Shown here: piece by piece, positions 1-12,700 of the stretch
How positions within the stretch are numbered: the stretch's first letter is position 1
How the letters are laid out: each line of letters opens with the position of its first letter
Assembly (NCBI GenBank): GCA_964057225.1
Contig: OZ059898.1
Coordinates: forward strand, 16,182,001 to 16,246,000
Direction of reading: 5' to 3'
From: Auanema rhodensis
Taxonomy: Eukaryota > Animalia > Nematoda
Length of the DNA: 64,000 nucleotides
Program-made: the position numbers and the translations under genes
Notes under the pieces: generated by a model
Seen by the model: the letters and a program-made list of their open reading frames with translations, nothing else
Database searches by the model: none
What the model was told of the DNA's origin: nothing

Positions 1-2852
1 TATTATTCACATTATTATACAAAGTTGCAAGCGTATTAAAACGTATTGAAACATAGAAAATGAAAACAAATTCGAAGTTATGTTTTATAAAGAACCACCC
101 ATAGTATTAACTGACTGATGTAAACAGAACAACAGTAATATAGTAAAGTTAGTACATTGATTAAATAGCAAAAAAAACTTATCTTCTCAATTTTTTATTT
201 GTAAGGAGTAAAGAGAACGGATCGTTCACGCCTGTATATATAAATCGAAACATATGACCCGAACAAGAAAATCGATAAGAAAAAATAAATAACTACTTCA
301 AGATAAAAATATCCTCATTAGGGACAAAAATATCAGTAGTCCTCATACTATATGGCAAAAAATATGAGTTATAGCTTTAGAAGAACAGGTAAGTCGAGAG
401 TAAACTTTCCTGGTTGAGGGCTGAATCGTTGGTCTAAGAAGGAAAGCACACAATGCAAGAAGCAAAAAAGGTGACGTAGTGTCTTTAACAAGAAAATGTA
501 TACAAAATCGAACTTTAAGAAGAAATGATGACATTTTAGTTATGTTAACCAGAGGGAAAAGAGCCTTTCAAGGACATCACCTTAACCTTCCGTAGAAATA
601 GCTGATGTAGCATTTACTAAAGAAGAACGCGGGAAAGCCCGAAGATACTATTATGGTGGACAGGGTAGCAAAAAAACTAAAACCAGAACGATTACATAAT
701 ACAATGGTACAGTGTACGGCGTACAGAGGCAGAGAAAGTAGACAGATCTCCGCGATTGAAAACGTATAGAGAAGTATAAGAAGGAAAAAATGATGGAGCA
801 GGTAAAAGTAGAACAAATTTTGTTAATGGCCTGCCCAACAGCTAAGATCGATTTCAGTTTTCTAGGCTTTGCAGTTTGCATTACGGCTTTCCTAACCACC
901 TGTTCTTGGATGATCTGCTGTTCCTGGTTGTCAAAGGAAATCTAATAGGCAAGTCATTAACAACTCATGAACAAACTAGTTACTTTAAGCAAAAAACCAC
1001 TTGTCAAAAAAAATTTGATATAATTTAAAAATTATAAAAGCTAAAACGTATTAAGTCCGTTCATGGACGCATGCTGTCTAATTATTCACTGAAAGCACAA
1101 CAAATCGTGATTAGGCTTATGCTACAGAATTAAAAGACAGATGTCATATGGACCAAATGCTTTGTTCGAAAGACTGGTTGGTATTCAGAAGACATAATAG
1201 AAAGGGCACAGCAAGGGGGTAAAAAGGTTTACAAACAGTAACGTTAGTAGTATAACCAACAGAAACTTTTTTTTTCGTAAAAAGGAAACAACTGCAACTA
1301 TGCAAATGAGAAACATTGGATAATAATAATGATACACTAGTGAAGTAGCATTGACAAATTATAAAGGTGTTGATTGATAGAAAATATAGAACAGATGTTC
1401 AAATAAACAGATAGAAAAGTTAGGTCCAATTTGAATAATATAAAACATGGAATGATCAGCAAATGGAGAAAGAAAGAGTTCATTGAGAGAGCTACGTATT
1501 CAAACAGAGTGAATATTCAACTAGCGTAGTCAACTAGGAACAAAAGATAAAGCTAGAGGTTGAATATTTCGTTTTCAAATCTCGCAAGCTACTAGAACAG
1601 CAAGCAAGAAAGACCAAATCAAAATTCTCCAATTGTACCAAACAACTCTATGTCGGGAAATCCCACTTCGAAGATCAAGAGCCGCGCTCAAAAAGTAGAA
1701 AACGAAAAAAGATGGAACTTGTAAACGATACGACATATAATAATTTGCAAAAAGAATAAACATAAATTTAAAGATTACAAATGGGCATTATGTAGTTCTA
1801 TACAATAATAAAAGGGTTTAGGATGGAATGGCTGCTAATAAGAGTTGTAAGGGAAGAATAGACCGCGTCTTGGCGCATTAAGTGACCCCCAACGTCCTCT
1901 TCCGATATTGAAGGATCGATCGCGTTTTCTCCCTCAGCACCCATATGTCGAGAGTAAAGACAATAACCTAATATCTTGCAAGTAATCACAGTCAATGCAT
2001 GTAAGCAATATATAAGGTTGGGAATAGTCTAAAAAAGAGAAAGTGACAAGGAAATGACGTAAATAGTATATGCTCATAAAATGTCTTTTATCAAACCCAC
2101 ATGAAAAAGATATGAATCATTGGAAGGACATGGAACAATAGTAGGATAGAAAATATTTCGCTAACGTTGTCGAACAAAAATATTCAACGAAACATGCCAG
2201 AAGCTTTCATTTTGACAACAATAAAGAAAAAAATTATATTAAATGAATCAGGACATACCAAGCTGAATTTTGATCTTGAAGTTCTTTAAAGATAGTTATA
2301 ATAACAATTACATTCTTTAGTCATATTAAAATTATTTTGAATGTGTACTTCCCGAAAGTATTGGTGAGGCGGCCTGACCGCTTTGCGTCACAACTTTGGC
2401 TTTAGAGCGTAGTTTCCACAACATCGTAGCTTTACTATCGTAGCTTGACTACCTCATAGCACATTCTTAAGCTAAGTTCATTTATCAGCAGCTTTTAATT
2501 GAAATAAAAAAACAGTCGATTAAACATGAGAAAAATAAAATTTAAATTGATTCAAATGTTTCAATAAAGCATAGGAATTGAAACGCATAAAATTCATACC
2601 TCATTCAATCAATTAGGAAAAAAATATTCCTACAATTTTGATAACTTTATTAACATTTATTTAACAATTATATAGAACTTAATAACAAATATTTATAAAA
2701 AAACACTTCTTCAAATCACATAAAATGATGAGATATGAAAACAAATAGTTACATAAGGATAATGTCGCATTGTTCGAGAAAACAATTGAAAAATGAAAAT
2801 AGAACAAGAAATGAAAAGAAAGGTTTTTGTGTTTGATTCTCGTTCCGATTCT

Positions 2853-4669
2853 TCAAATTGGAACTAAAACATATTTTATTTAAGGAACAATAAATTTGAG
2901 ATTTCGATCTTACCAATCTTATATTCGAAATTGAATTGAGCTTCACCTAATCGACTATAGCTTATAACTGGCATTGGATTTAATTGACTAATAACTTCAT
3001 CCTTAGCTTGTTCCCCACAACAATATCTGATATGATTTGTTCGAAACATCATAAAGATGAATATGTACCTTGGGTTTGTTGATTCTTTATCAATATATTT
3101 GAATTCAATGCCATCTTTGGTACAACCGTGTTCGCAATGATTGTTTGTCATTTCTTTTAAAAGTCGTAGATGAATTTTATATCCATCTTGAACCTAAAGA
3201 AGAATGCAAATAAATTGAGTTTTGTTTCTTTCCTTCTATACACGAATCCATTTTGTACAATAATTGTATATAAATGTTAAGGAATCAGTAGGAAATCCTG
3301 ATGTCATATTCACTTGAACCCATTCAGTATCGTTTATATCAGCATCAATGATTACACCACAATCATCTGTTGGCTGAGAAAAATGGAAAGTATGATTCAA
3401 CGATTCGACTAAGAGCTTATCAAGTACCGGCTGATCGCATAAAAACCCTCCATATCCTAGAGGACAAACACAAATAGAACAATCCTTCGGGTTAGGATAT
3501 CCACCATTTTCACATTTTGTTGTGGAATCAGTACATGATTCTAAATGTTAATTATTCAAATAAAAATATATTTGAAATTCAACCTTTACAATTATAATAT
3601 TCATTTATAGTTTTTATATCGTAAAATGAAGCCATTAATGATCCTGTTGTATACTCAAATCTTTTATCCTTTAAAGTAAAAACTGTTTCTCCCAATCTAT
3701 AAACATATTCAATCGGATAAGAACTTAGAATTAGAATTTAAATGAATAAACAATAAAGAAAAGAAGAGTAACCTTTGAGGAGAAAAATGCATCATACTTC
3801 CATATTCATAAGGTAAATATAGCTGAATATCATTGATATCTTTTTTTTTATAGATTTCTGAATCATTCTACATCAAAGTTGGCATAAGAGTGATGAAAGT
3901 AGTAACATACTTTTATCTTTATATCAATCATTTCAATATAGTCATCTCGATCATTTCTTTGAATTGTCGGTATAATTCCTAATGATAGAGCAATATGGGA
4001 AGTAATTCCCCCAACCTGTTTACAATTTTTTTGAATTATGAATGACTTCCAAGATATTTAAAAAATCTTACAGTTAAGCATGAATCATCTATACCAATAG
4101 TTTGGTCCTTTTTCAACATTCCTAAATGACTGAAACAGTCATAGTTTTTCGTAAACTAAAACAAAATATTAAAAAATTAAGAAGCAAAATTATATTTTAC
4201 GTTAATTCTAGTAGGTATATGATTGTCTTGGTTGAATTTCAAACATGTTTTACTGCTTAAGTAAAAAATAGCAGCTCCTATTGCTCCTTTTGAATTGATA
4301 TCTAATATCAATTGAATTGCATAAAAATATTTTATTATTTACCAAGATCTGAATTCAAATTGTAATTAATCACTTTGTTCGGCCATTTCTCTGCTGTTAA
4401 AGAAGCAGCTGAACGTTTCTTTGGAATATATGATTCTTCATCATCAGATAGAATTTGATAGTCTTCAGTAATGGAATTTTCAGATACTTTATTCTCATCC
4501 ATTGAAAAAAGCCTGTAAAAGCAAAATTATTAATACTTGAAAAAAAACAATTTAAGTAAAAATACAGTTTAAGATTCAGATAATGACTCAAAGGATCAGG
4601 AGTTACTGCTTTGCATCTAGCAAACTTCATCAGTAACAAAGTAATGAGAATTAGACGTAATTTCAACAT
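2853..4669 (-). CDS. Astacin-family (nas-like) protein: signal peptide, propeptide, astacin domain, EGF, CUB; zinc motif degenerate (probable pseudo-protease); multi-exon
   Basis: Spliced translation: [21 protein letters not shown] (signal), PKKR/SAA maturation site, [42 protein letters not shown] (exon 3911-4015), YEYGSMMHF Met-turn, [26 protein letters not shown] (nematode astacin EGF), CUB with YCTKWIR...GIEFK...NPRYCC. Stop at 2853 if the last short intron is spliced, 2876 if it is read through. Confidence 0.9.
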
Positions 4670-4677
4670 CTTGAAAT

Positions 4678-4683
4678 CTGAAA
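4678..4683 (-). promoter_or_regulatory. TTTCAG acceptor 8 nt upstream of the astacin ATG (candidate spliced-leader trans-splice site)
   Basis: Minus strand reads catttcag|atttcaagATG; matches the nematode 3' splice/trans-splice consensus and no obvious upstream coding exon was found. Confidence 0.5.
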
Positions 4684-5078
4684 TGTTATGAAAAATAAAA
4701 AATAAATTTTAATACAAATACTAAGCCACATAAAATTTTAAAATCTAATTTTTCATTTTCAACAATGTTCGGTGACGTTAAACTTTGCTGACAAGATCTG
4801 TATTTTTATCCTCCGGATGTTTTTATGATATCTACATATATGAATATGCATTTTATTATTTTATAGTTATATAGTTCTTTTATATGGAAATTAGTTGATC
4901 AAAAACATTTCATATCTCTTATTTTCAATTTTAAGAGTTAAAAAGCTATCAATGTGTGAGAAGTATGTATAAAGCTTCTGTTTTCCCTGACCAATATATA
5001 GAATCAATATTAGCTTTTAAATAAAATGTTTTATTTTTCTATATTATATTATATGAAGTTTAAATAGAAATAAAAAAT

Positions 5079-6384
5079 TTATGTTATCGCCGGCAATTCT
5101 TTATTTTCTAAAGCTGTTTCTTCCTCATTCATTATGGATATACCAGGTTGATGAATTGTCTCATGCTGTGCAATTACTATAGCATCTGAATAAATAACTT
5201 TTTTTTAAACCTTTCTCTCGTGTTTCAATAGAACCTATTTTTCCAATTTGTTTGGAAGATTTATCCATAAACTGTCGTAAACGACGGATTGAAATTCCTT
5301 TCATAATATCTGGCCTAAAGTATACAGTAACCGTTAGGTTATCAGATGTTTCTGTTTGAGATGGATAATCAGTTAATACTAATCCAACTTGATGTGGATA
5401 TAACCTAGCTTTTGCTGGAATATAATCTGTTATATATGGCAAACTGAAAGAACATACATTGAAATACTAAAAGAATGAAGAATTCAAGATAAATGAAGGA
5501 GTTATCTTACTTCGGTTCAGATCGTTTGATTGGATGATTAGAAAAGCATCGTAATGATAACTTTCTTGTGATTTCCAGATCAAATAATGCAGGATATTCT
5601 TTACTGTCTAAACAAGGAAACAAGTATCGAAGACCTTTCGGAGCATTTCTATTGGTTATGAAACTTAATCCGAACCTTAAAATATTTATTTATAAAGGAA
5701 ACTTATATTCATTAACCTTGATTCTTTTGAGCTCAAATATGACTCTTCTCTTGGGCCATTTATAGTATTAATCTGACCTACAAAATCCATTTTAATCGTA
5801 TATTCAGAATCGGAAGTTAAATTTACTGAAGGTATAAAAGTTTGTATTTCAGTCTGAAATCAAAAAAAACTATTAAGTAATTTACATAATAATAATTACC
5901 TGTTTACTATATATACCTCTTTTTAAATTAATTTGTTTATTAAACACTGTTAATTCATATTTTTTGATATTGATTGAGTCAGATTTGTGAATGTAAATTC
6001 GTTGCCCATTTTGTTTAGCAGTAAATGTCATCAAAACTGATCCAGAATATGTCTATAAATAAATGAAATATTTTCTTTCCTAAATAAAATAATTTTTCTC
6101 TACCAAGTTAGAATAATTATATTCTGTGTCAAATTGTAGATGAATGTTATACCTTGATGGAATATTAATATATGGTATAACAAGTGGACCATCATCCGTA
6201 GGTAACACATTTTTGTCAATTAAAGATACAAAAATAATTAATCCATATAGTAAACTAAATAAATATTATATAAAATAAGAAATAATAAAAAATATATTGT
6301 AATATACCATGATATTAAACAAATTAATAGCCATGTTATTAAAAGACGTGTAGAACAGTATATGAATGGCTGTTTTTGTTTCAT
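5079..6384 (-). CDS. Truncated M1 aminopeptidase-like type II membrane protein (N-terminal signal anchor plus M1 N-terminal domain), 7 exons, ~330 aa
   Basis: MKQKQPFIYCSTRLLITWLLICLISCLLYGLIIFVSLI (signal anchor), IPSRYNIHLQFD...YSGSV, YTIKMDFVGQIN, GLRYLFPCLDSKEYPALFDLEI...CFSN (cf. M1 ARRAFPCFDEP...ALSN), KIDAIVIAQHETIHQPGISIMNEEETAL, stop at 5079. Intron phases are consistent. Confidence 0.8.
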
Positions 6385-7207
6385 TTAGTCAATAAATGAT
6401 AATTAGTAGAAAGATAGAGAGGATAAGAGATGATGATGATGGTTAGAGTAAAAGGGGCAAAAGAATGTTAAGATAGAATTAGAGTATAACAGATAACAGA
6501 GCTTTGTTAGTCTGTATAACGCGAAGAAGTATATTCGAGACAAGCACTTCAAACGGCTTTCATACCGCCTTCTCTTACCAAACATTCTTTAGAACATCAA
6601 CTTAACTTGATCAATAAGTTAAAAAATATAAATAATAATAATATTTATGTAAAAAAAGAAATAAACTTATTTAAATAATTAATATGATAATAAAGTATTT
6701 AATTACTATTATTCTATTGAATATTTAAAGAAAACTAATTAATGTTTATCATATATACAATCTTTCTTTAAGATACATGATAAACCAGACAATTTTCTCT
6801 TGAAAGAAAGAGGTGGGGTCATACTATGATGGATGTTTCCCAAGCAGAAGAACGACGACAACGTCGCTTGCACCGCATCAACCGATTGTCTTCGACTTGC
6901 TATCAGTCCAACACAGACATGGCCAACACATATCTCAAATGTTTTTCTTCGACATGTTAAGCCTTGTCATTCGTTTTCACCGTACTTTTCAATTATGCTC
7001 TTCCCTTATCTTTGAACTATGAATTGTTGAAAAAGTATATGAAATTATAGATTTTATGTGTATTGTTGTCTGCTTATTAAGTTAATTAATAGTTTAGTCA
7101 AAAAGTATATAAACTTTAACATTCTGATCGGTTATTGATAGTTCAAAGGTAATTTTTTGAATTTCTTATTGATTTCAGTGTCTCGTATGCGGATCAGTTG
7201 AAGTACA

Positions 7208-9896
7208 ATGTTTTCTAAACTCATCTGGTCGGATGTCTATACTCCACTTCTAATTGCCGGATGGCTTATGTTCATAATCTTAGCTAGAATAAGTATGATT
7301 TTTATTATTTATTATCGTTATTTTGATCGTTTTTCATTATTTACTTTTAATATCTTAAATTAGTCTTAAGAATTGTAATAATAAACTCTATGAATATATG
7401 TACATATTGACCTCGATGTACATATAAGGCTATTAGAGGAAGATAGATTATACAGATGATAAAACTTTTCTGATAAAAAAAATATGGATATCTAAAATAC
7501 TTCTGTTCCTTGTGACAACCTTTAAATTTACTCCTATTAAGTAAATTAATTCGATTAAGTATCTTGTTTTCAAAAAATTTATCAATATTCTAGATGTCTT
7601 GTCCTTTAAAAGAAACTCGTTCTTTTCATCGATTTTATATATTTGATAGTTTAATAGAAAAATATTCTAAAAGTAAATGTTTTTTTACTTCTCATTATCT
7701 TTTGATTATTTAAAAAAAATTAATTAATATTAACTTGTATACTTAAATATTACAAAATTTTTAATTGTGTTTATAGCCTTCCATCGAACAAAATTTTTAT
7801 CTAAATTGTTTCCTGAGAGCGCTTTGTTGATTGTATTAGGATTGCTTGCTGGACTTATACTTGACCAACTTTGGGTATTAGACGTCTATCTCCACCCAGG
7901 TTTTCTCTTTTTACAATCATTTTTCCAGTACTCTGAACTTCAGACTTGTTCTTTCTCTATCTCTTGCCACCTATTGCTTTGGATGCTGGGTATTTCTTGC
8001 CTAATAAAGCTTTCTTTGCCAATTTTGGAACAATTCTCCTATATGCTGTAGTTGGAACGTTGTTGAATATAGCATGTATAGGTATGTTCTCTATCTAATA
8101 TCTATTTAATAATTTTTCTTTAATAAATATAGCCTTAGCTATATATAGCTTTCAAGGATTTTATAATCATGAAATTCAAACACTAGATATTCTACTATAT
8201 GCTACTTTAATATCAGGTTATTTTTAGTTATTTATCATTAATTTATTTATAAAATTCAAAAAAATTATTATTTTTAATACATGAGTTTAAAGCTGTTGAT
8301 CCTGTTGCTGTCTTATCAGTTTTCGAAGAAATTCATGTTAATCAATTACTTTATATTTGTGTTTTTGGTGAATCCCTTCTTAATGATGCTATTGTAATTG
8401 TAAGTTATATTCATCATCATCATGCTTTAAGCTAAAACTTATTTTAAGGTGTTGTATCAATCACTTACATCAATGGCAAAAATTGGAGCAGAACATTTAA
8501 TTCGAGAAGATTTTCTACATGCTTTTCTATCCTTCATTATGGTTGCAACGGGTGGTGTTGTCATTGGACTTACTTGGGTTTGCATAACAGCTCTTGCCAC
8601 TAAGTAAGCGAAAACATTTTCTTCAAAGCAGATCTCATGTTCTTAATTCTTAATTTATTTCAAATTGAAAACAATTTTTTTCTATTAACTATCTGGTAAA
8701 CATTTTGTAGATTCTCCCATGATATTCCAATTGTTCAACCGTTGATATGTCTTGTATTTCCATATTTATCTTATTTGATCTCTGAAAGTGTACATCTCTC
8801 TGGAATTATTGCGTAAGTTTTAATTTTGCTGTATGATCAATCAGCATCCTTTTTAGAATTGTCACTTGTGGCTTATTGATGAAGAACTATGTTGCTGGAA
8901 ATATGAATGAGAAATCTTTGACAACTGTGAAATATTTTTTAAAAACATTATCATCTTGGTATATTATTATTTAAATTTATTATTTATAAAACTTATATAG
9001 TTGCGAAGCTATGATTTTCGTTTTTCTTGGATTATCAACGTTTTCTAAGCAGCATGAATGGGATCTCATATTTACTGTAGTTACAGTAACTGCTTGTATT
9101 ATTTGTCGTTTTGTTGGTATGTTCTTGTTTTTATAATTAAAGTACTATTATAATAATTATTACAGTTGTGATGGTTTTAACTTATTTTGCAAACAAGAAA
9201 AGAGTTCAAAAGATTGGAGTTATGGATCAAGTAATCAGTGGATATGGAGGACTCCGAGGTGCAATTTGCTATGGTCTTGTAATGACTTTAGGTTTGAAAT
9301 GACTTGAAGAAGTTACATTATAGAGTAATGTATCGTATATTACAGATAGTAATTCCGTGCCGTATAAGGATATGATGGTATCAACTACTGTAGTTGTTAT
9401 AGTCGTTACAGTGTTCTTCCAAGTATAATCGAATACAGTTCTGAACGTTTTGGTATTTGATGCTAAATTTCAGGGAACAACCATCAAACCATTAGTAAAA
9501 GTTTTAGGAGTCAAAACAATAACCCCAGCTGATGTTACAGTAACTCAGCAAGTTTTTACTCATGTGAGCATAGGTTTAAATATTTTAATTGTGTTTTACA
9601 ATATCATTTAAAAAAATATTCTTTCTATATCAGAGTGGCGACTACGTAATGGGTGGAATTGAGGCTATAATTGGAATGAAAGGACCTTACTATGTAATTA
9701 TTCATATTAATATAACATAAAAACATTTCAAATTCTTATTCAGTGGAGACGACGATTTTCTCTATTCAACCAACGTTATATTCAACCCACATTTATGAGA
9801 ACATCAACTTCTTTTGGTGAACGTTTGGTTGAGAAATATTCAACTGTTTCAGCTGAAGAGCAGAGACAAAAATTATTGGAAAGATATGGAGTTTAA
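7208..9896 (+). CDS. Na+/H+ exchanger (CPA1/NHE family, nhx-type), multi-exon, short C-terminal tail
   Basis: Motifs [111 protein letters not shown] at 7208 is preceded by an in-frame TGA; stop TAA at 9894-9896. Confidence 0.93.
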
Positions 9897-10321
9897 TATG
9901 TTTCAATTATTATTATTTTCATTTTGTATACTTAATAAAATAATAATTAAGTTTTAAATCATTCATGACTTCGTTAATCAAGGAGCATAAGCATAAACAG
10001 ATTCAAGTCACGTTGACGTGACTATTTCATTTAATTATCTGAATAACGTGTGAGCGGTTGCATTCAGACAAATTCTAAGTGAAAACTTTTTTAAACAGAA
10101 AATAAGCTAGAAGAAAAGAAAAAAAGAAAAGTTAATTTGACTGTTTTGGAAAACTGTTTTTCATGTTCTATTAACTATACAACATGATTTATGCGGTCTG
10201 GATAAATATTACTATTTAACTAGCTGTTTGAATGAGTTTGAGTTTCATATAAAAAGCTAGAAGCTGCACAAAAAACATTTTAATTGATTCTATTACTAAA
10301 AAACTTATTTTTTATAATAAA

Positions 10322-11185
10322 ATGAGGCTAATAATTCAAGTATATATTCTTTTCCAAGTTATCCAAGCAGTTCCAGTTCATTCACATATTAATCAAGTCA
10401 TAAACCAAAAAGAATCGGATGAAGTAAGCTTTACATTCCTATTCTTACACAAATATTTCATTTTTCAGACTAAATTAAAAAAAGTTCTGATTTTTCAACC
10501 CAAAGATAATAGATTGGAACATTTCCGAAAAAGGAGTTTGAGCATACAAACTCAGAGTAAGTTTATATTTGAAGAGCTCATTTCAATAATCTTTTAACTC
10601 TAAGATGGAAGACTAACTCCAGAACTCTTCAAGAAGACATTGAACAAATTGTCAAAGACCATCCGATATTCCGAAAAGAAAAATAAGAAATGCCTACGAA
10701 AGACAAACAAATCGTGGATTTTCGTTGTTGTTGACTGTAACTCTACTCATTTTGGTCCTACAACACCATCTAGTATTACCAGTGGTTCAACGTCATCATC
10801 TGAATTGCCAACAAGCCCCTCATTTCCTATTTCAAGTCAAACAGATAAAAAGGTGACAACTTTAACCCCAACAAGTATTTCTTGGGTTTCTACAACGCAA
10901 GCCACAGACGAAAAAGAAGAACATACAAAACAAACTAAAGAAACTTTGTCAACTACTTTTTCACCTATAGTTCTTGACACTACGTCATTAGCAGAAATAA
11001 CTTCTGAAGAACGTTCAACAACTGACGAATCTTCTAAGATAACAATAGCTCAGACAGAAGCCACAACGCATAAGGGAAGTGACACAACTACACAAGTCCG
11101 ATCTCAAAGTACTTCTGATAATTCTCCTATAATCGCCTTGACAACAGAAGATAATGGATTCACAAGAACAACTTCAGATCATTGA
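10322..11185 (+). CDS. Secreted Ser/Thr-rich mucin-like protein; exons 10322-10423, 10469-10556, 10605-11185
   Basis: Signal-peptide-like MRLIIQVYILFQVIQA; RKR/S basic site; a Cys pair, then ~145 aa rich in S/T/E/P. Canonical, phase-compatible splice sites join two ORF-track entries. Confidence 0.75.
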
Positions 11186-12569
11186 TCTCCTACGACAATC
11201 ATCGATTATTTCTTTAATTTTCGATAAACTGTCTGAAATATAAATACCATATGCTTGTACTCCTTAGAAATCTAAACATTCCTAAAAAACCTGGAAGAGT
11301 TTTAGTTTTAGACATCTGGTAGACTGCTCTAAATATTTCCAGGCAAAGATTTAATATAGACAAATATATAAAAACGAATAAATATTTGGATAATATAACG
11401 AATATATGAAGACATAAGATCTGGGATTAGTTATTATCAACCTTGAAAATTGGCTCCATTTTCTAATGAGTAAAGATCTTTATATATATATTATTAGAAT
11501 TAATCTTTATGTAATTTTTAGAGAATTTTCTTGCATATTAAATAATATATATTTTAAATTCTAATATTTATTTTTTTTGAATAATAAATGTGTAATTTGT
11601 TATTGTATTTGAGATATTCTATAAAAGATCAGAGCTAAAATTAAATCTTGTAAATGATGTCGAAACTACAACAATTCGCTTTTACTAACTACTTTCTAAT
11701 CTTTTTAATCTTTGTTTATAAAATCAAACACATACATACATATTTTAAAACTGTTTTGGAATTTTCTAATTTTATTCTCTTTTTAATCGAATTTTCAATT
11801 TTCTGACAACATGTTGTTACTGTTTGATTGCATCTAATTTCTTGTTGATTTTTCAATAAGGTCTGATCGTTGCTTATTGCTCAAAGAAGAAAAAGATTTT
11901 TTCTATTTGACGAAAACCCAGAGTGAAAAATTGAAGAAATAAAATATGTACATACATATATTAATATAATAAAAGATTAAACAAATTAAAAAAAAGTAGT
12001 ATTTTAAATTATTCACTAATAGAAACGGATCCTTAATCTCTTACTTAGGAATAAAATAAGTTTAGAGTTTGTTATTCACAAAATGAATTTCATTCTCAAC
12101 GAAAAATCAGAAACGAAAAAAATGATTATAAACAAATATGTATATATAGATATTATCTTAAATATAAAAGAAGCCGAGAAACAAAAAAAATAGAAAAAAA
12201 AGTGAAAACGAAGGAAAAGCAGTAAGAGATGGGTGTAAACACAGCCATTTCGAAGAACATAAGATCTCTTTTTCGCTTCTTCTTTTTCTAATTATCTATT
12301 TCTTATTGCTACAAATGGATATTACTACAAATTTTTCTTTAAAATGCTCTTTTTCCTTTCTTTTGAAAATCATGTAAGTATGTTATCTTCCTGTTCTTTT
12401 GCTACAACTCATGGGCCGTACCCATCAAAATTTCTGAAACTTTATCCTTCGCCTTTGTTGAATGTGAGTTTCTATGCGACACATTCATTTTCAATGCATC
12501 CGACGCTTAGAGCGGTTGAACACCTTCAGATTTAATTTGATAGTTGCTCTCATTCATTCCCTTTTTCTA

Positions 12570-12700
12570 GCTAAAGTTCCGCATTTCCTGATTTCCGGAC
12601 CTAGAAGAAGCTCGTTCATAAAATGAAAAGCAACAAATTCGGTGATGAGGATCAAGTGAAGGCGGGCACGAAAGACGAGAAATTCTATTCAGTCACCCGA
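12570..12700 (+). mobile_element. Highly degenerate mariner transposase C-terminal relic
   Basis: Frameshifted pieces KVPH..., FPDL..., KMKSNKFGDEDQVKAGTKDEKFYS resemble the mariner end (HPPYSPDL...GKKF.DEEEVK...SKD..FY). Confidence 0.4.

Noticed and set aside
2363-2460. tRNA-like start GGTGAGGCGGCC and a 14-bp tandem duplication ATCGTAGCTT(T/G)ACT
   Set aside because: No cloverleaf; only two to three degenerate units with no spacers, so neither a tRNA nor a CRISPR-like array.
5186-5210. Apparent 25-nt intron in the M1-like gene
   Set aside because: A same-phase donor at 5234 gives a normal 49-nt intron and restores the KID motif (cf. KLD).
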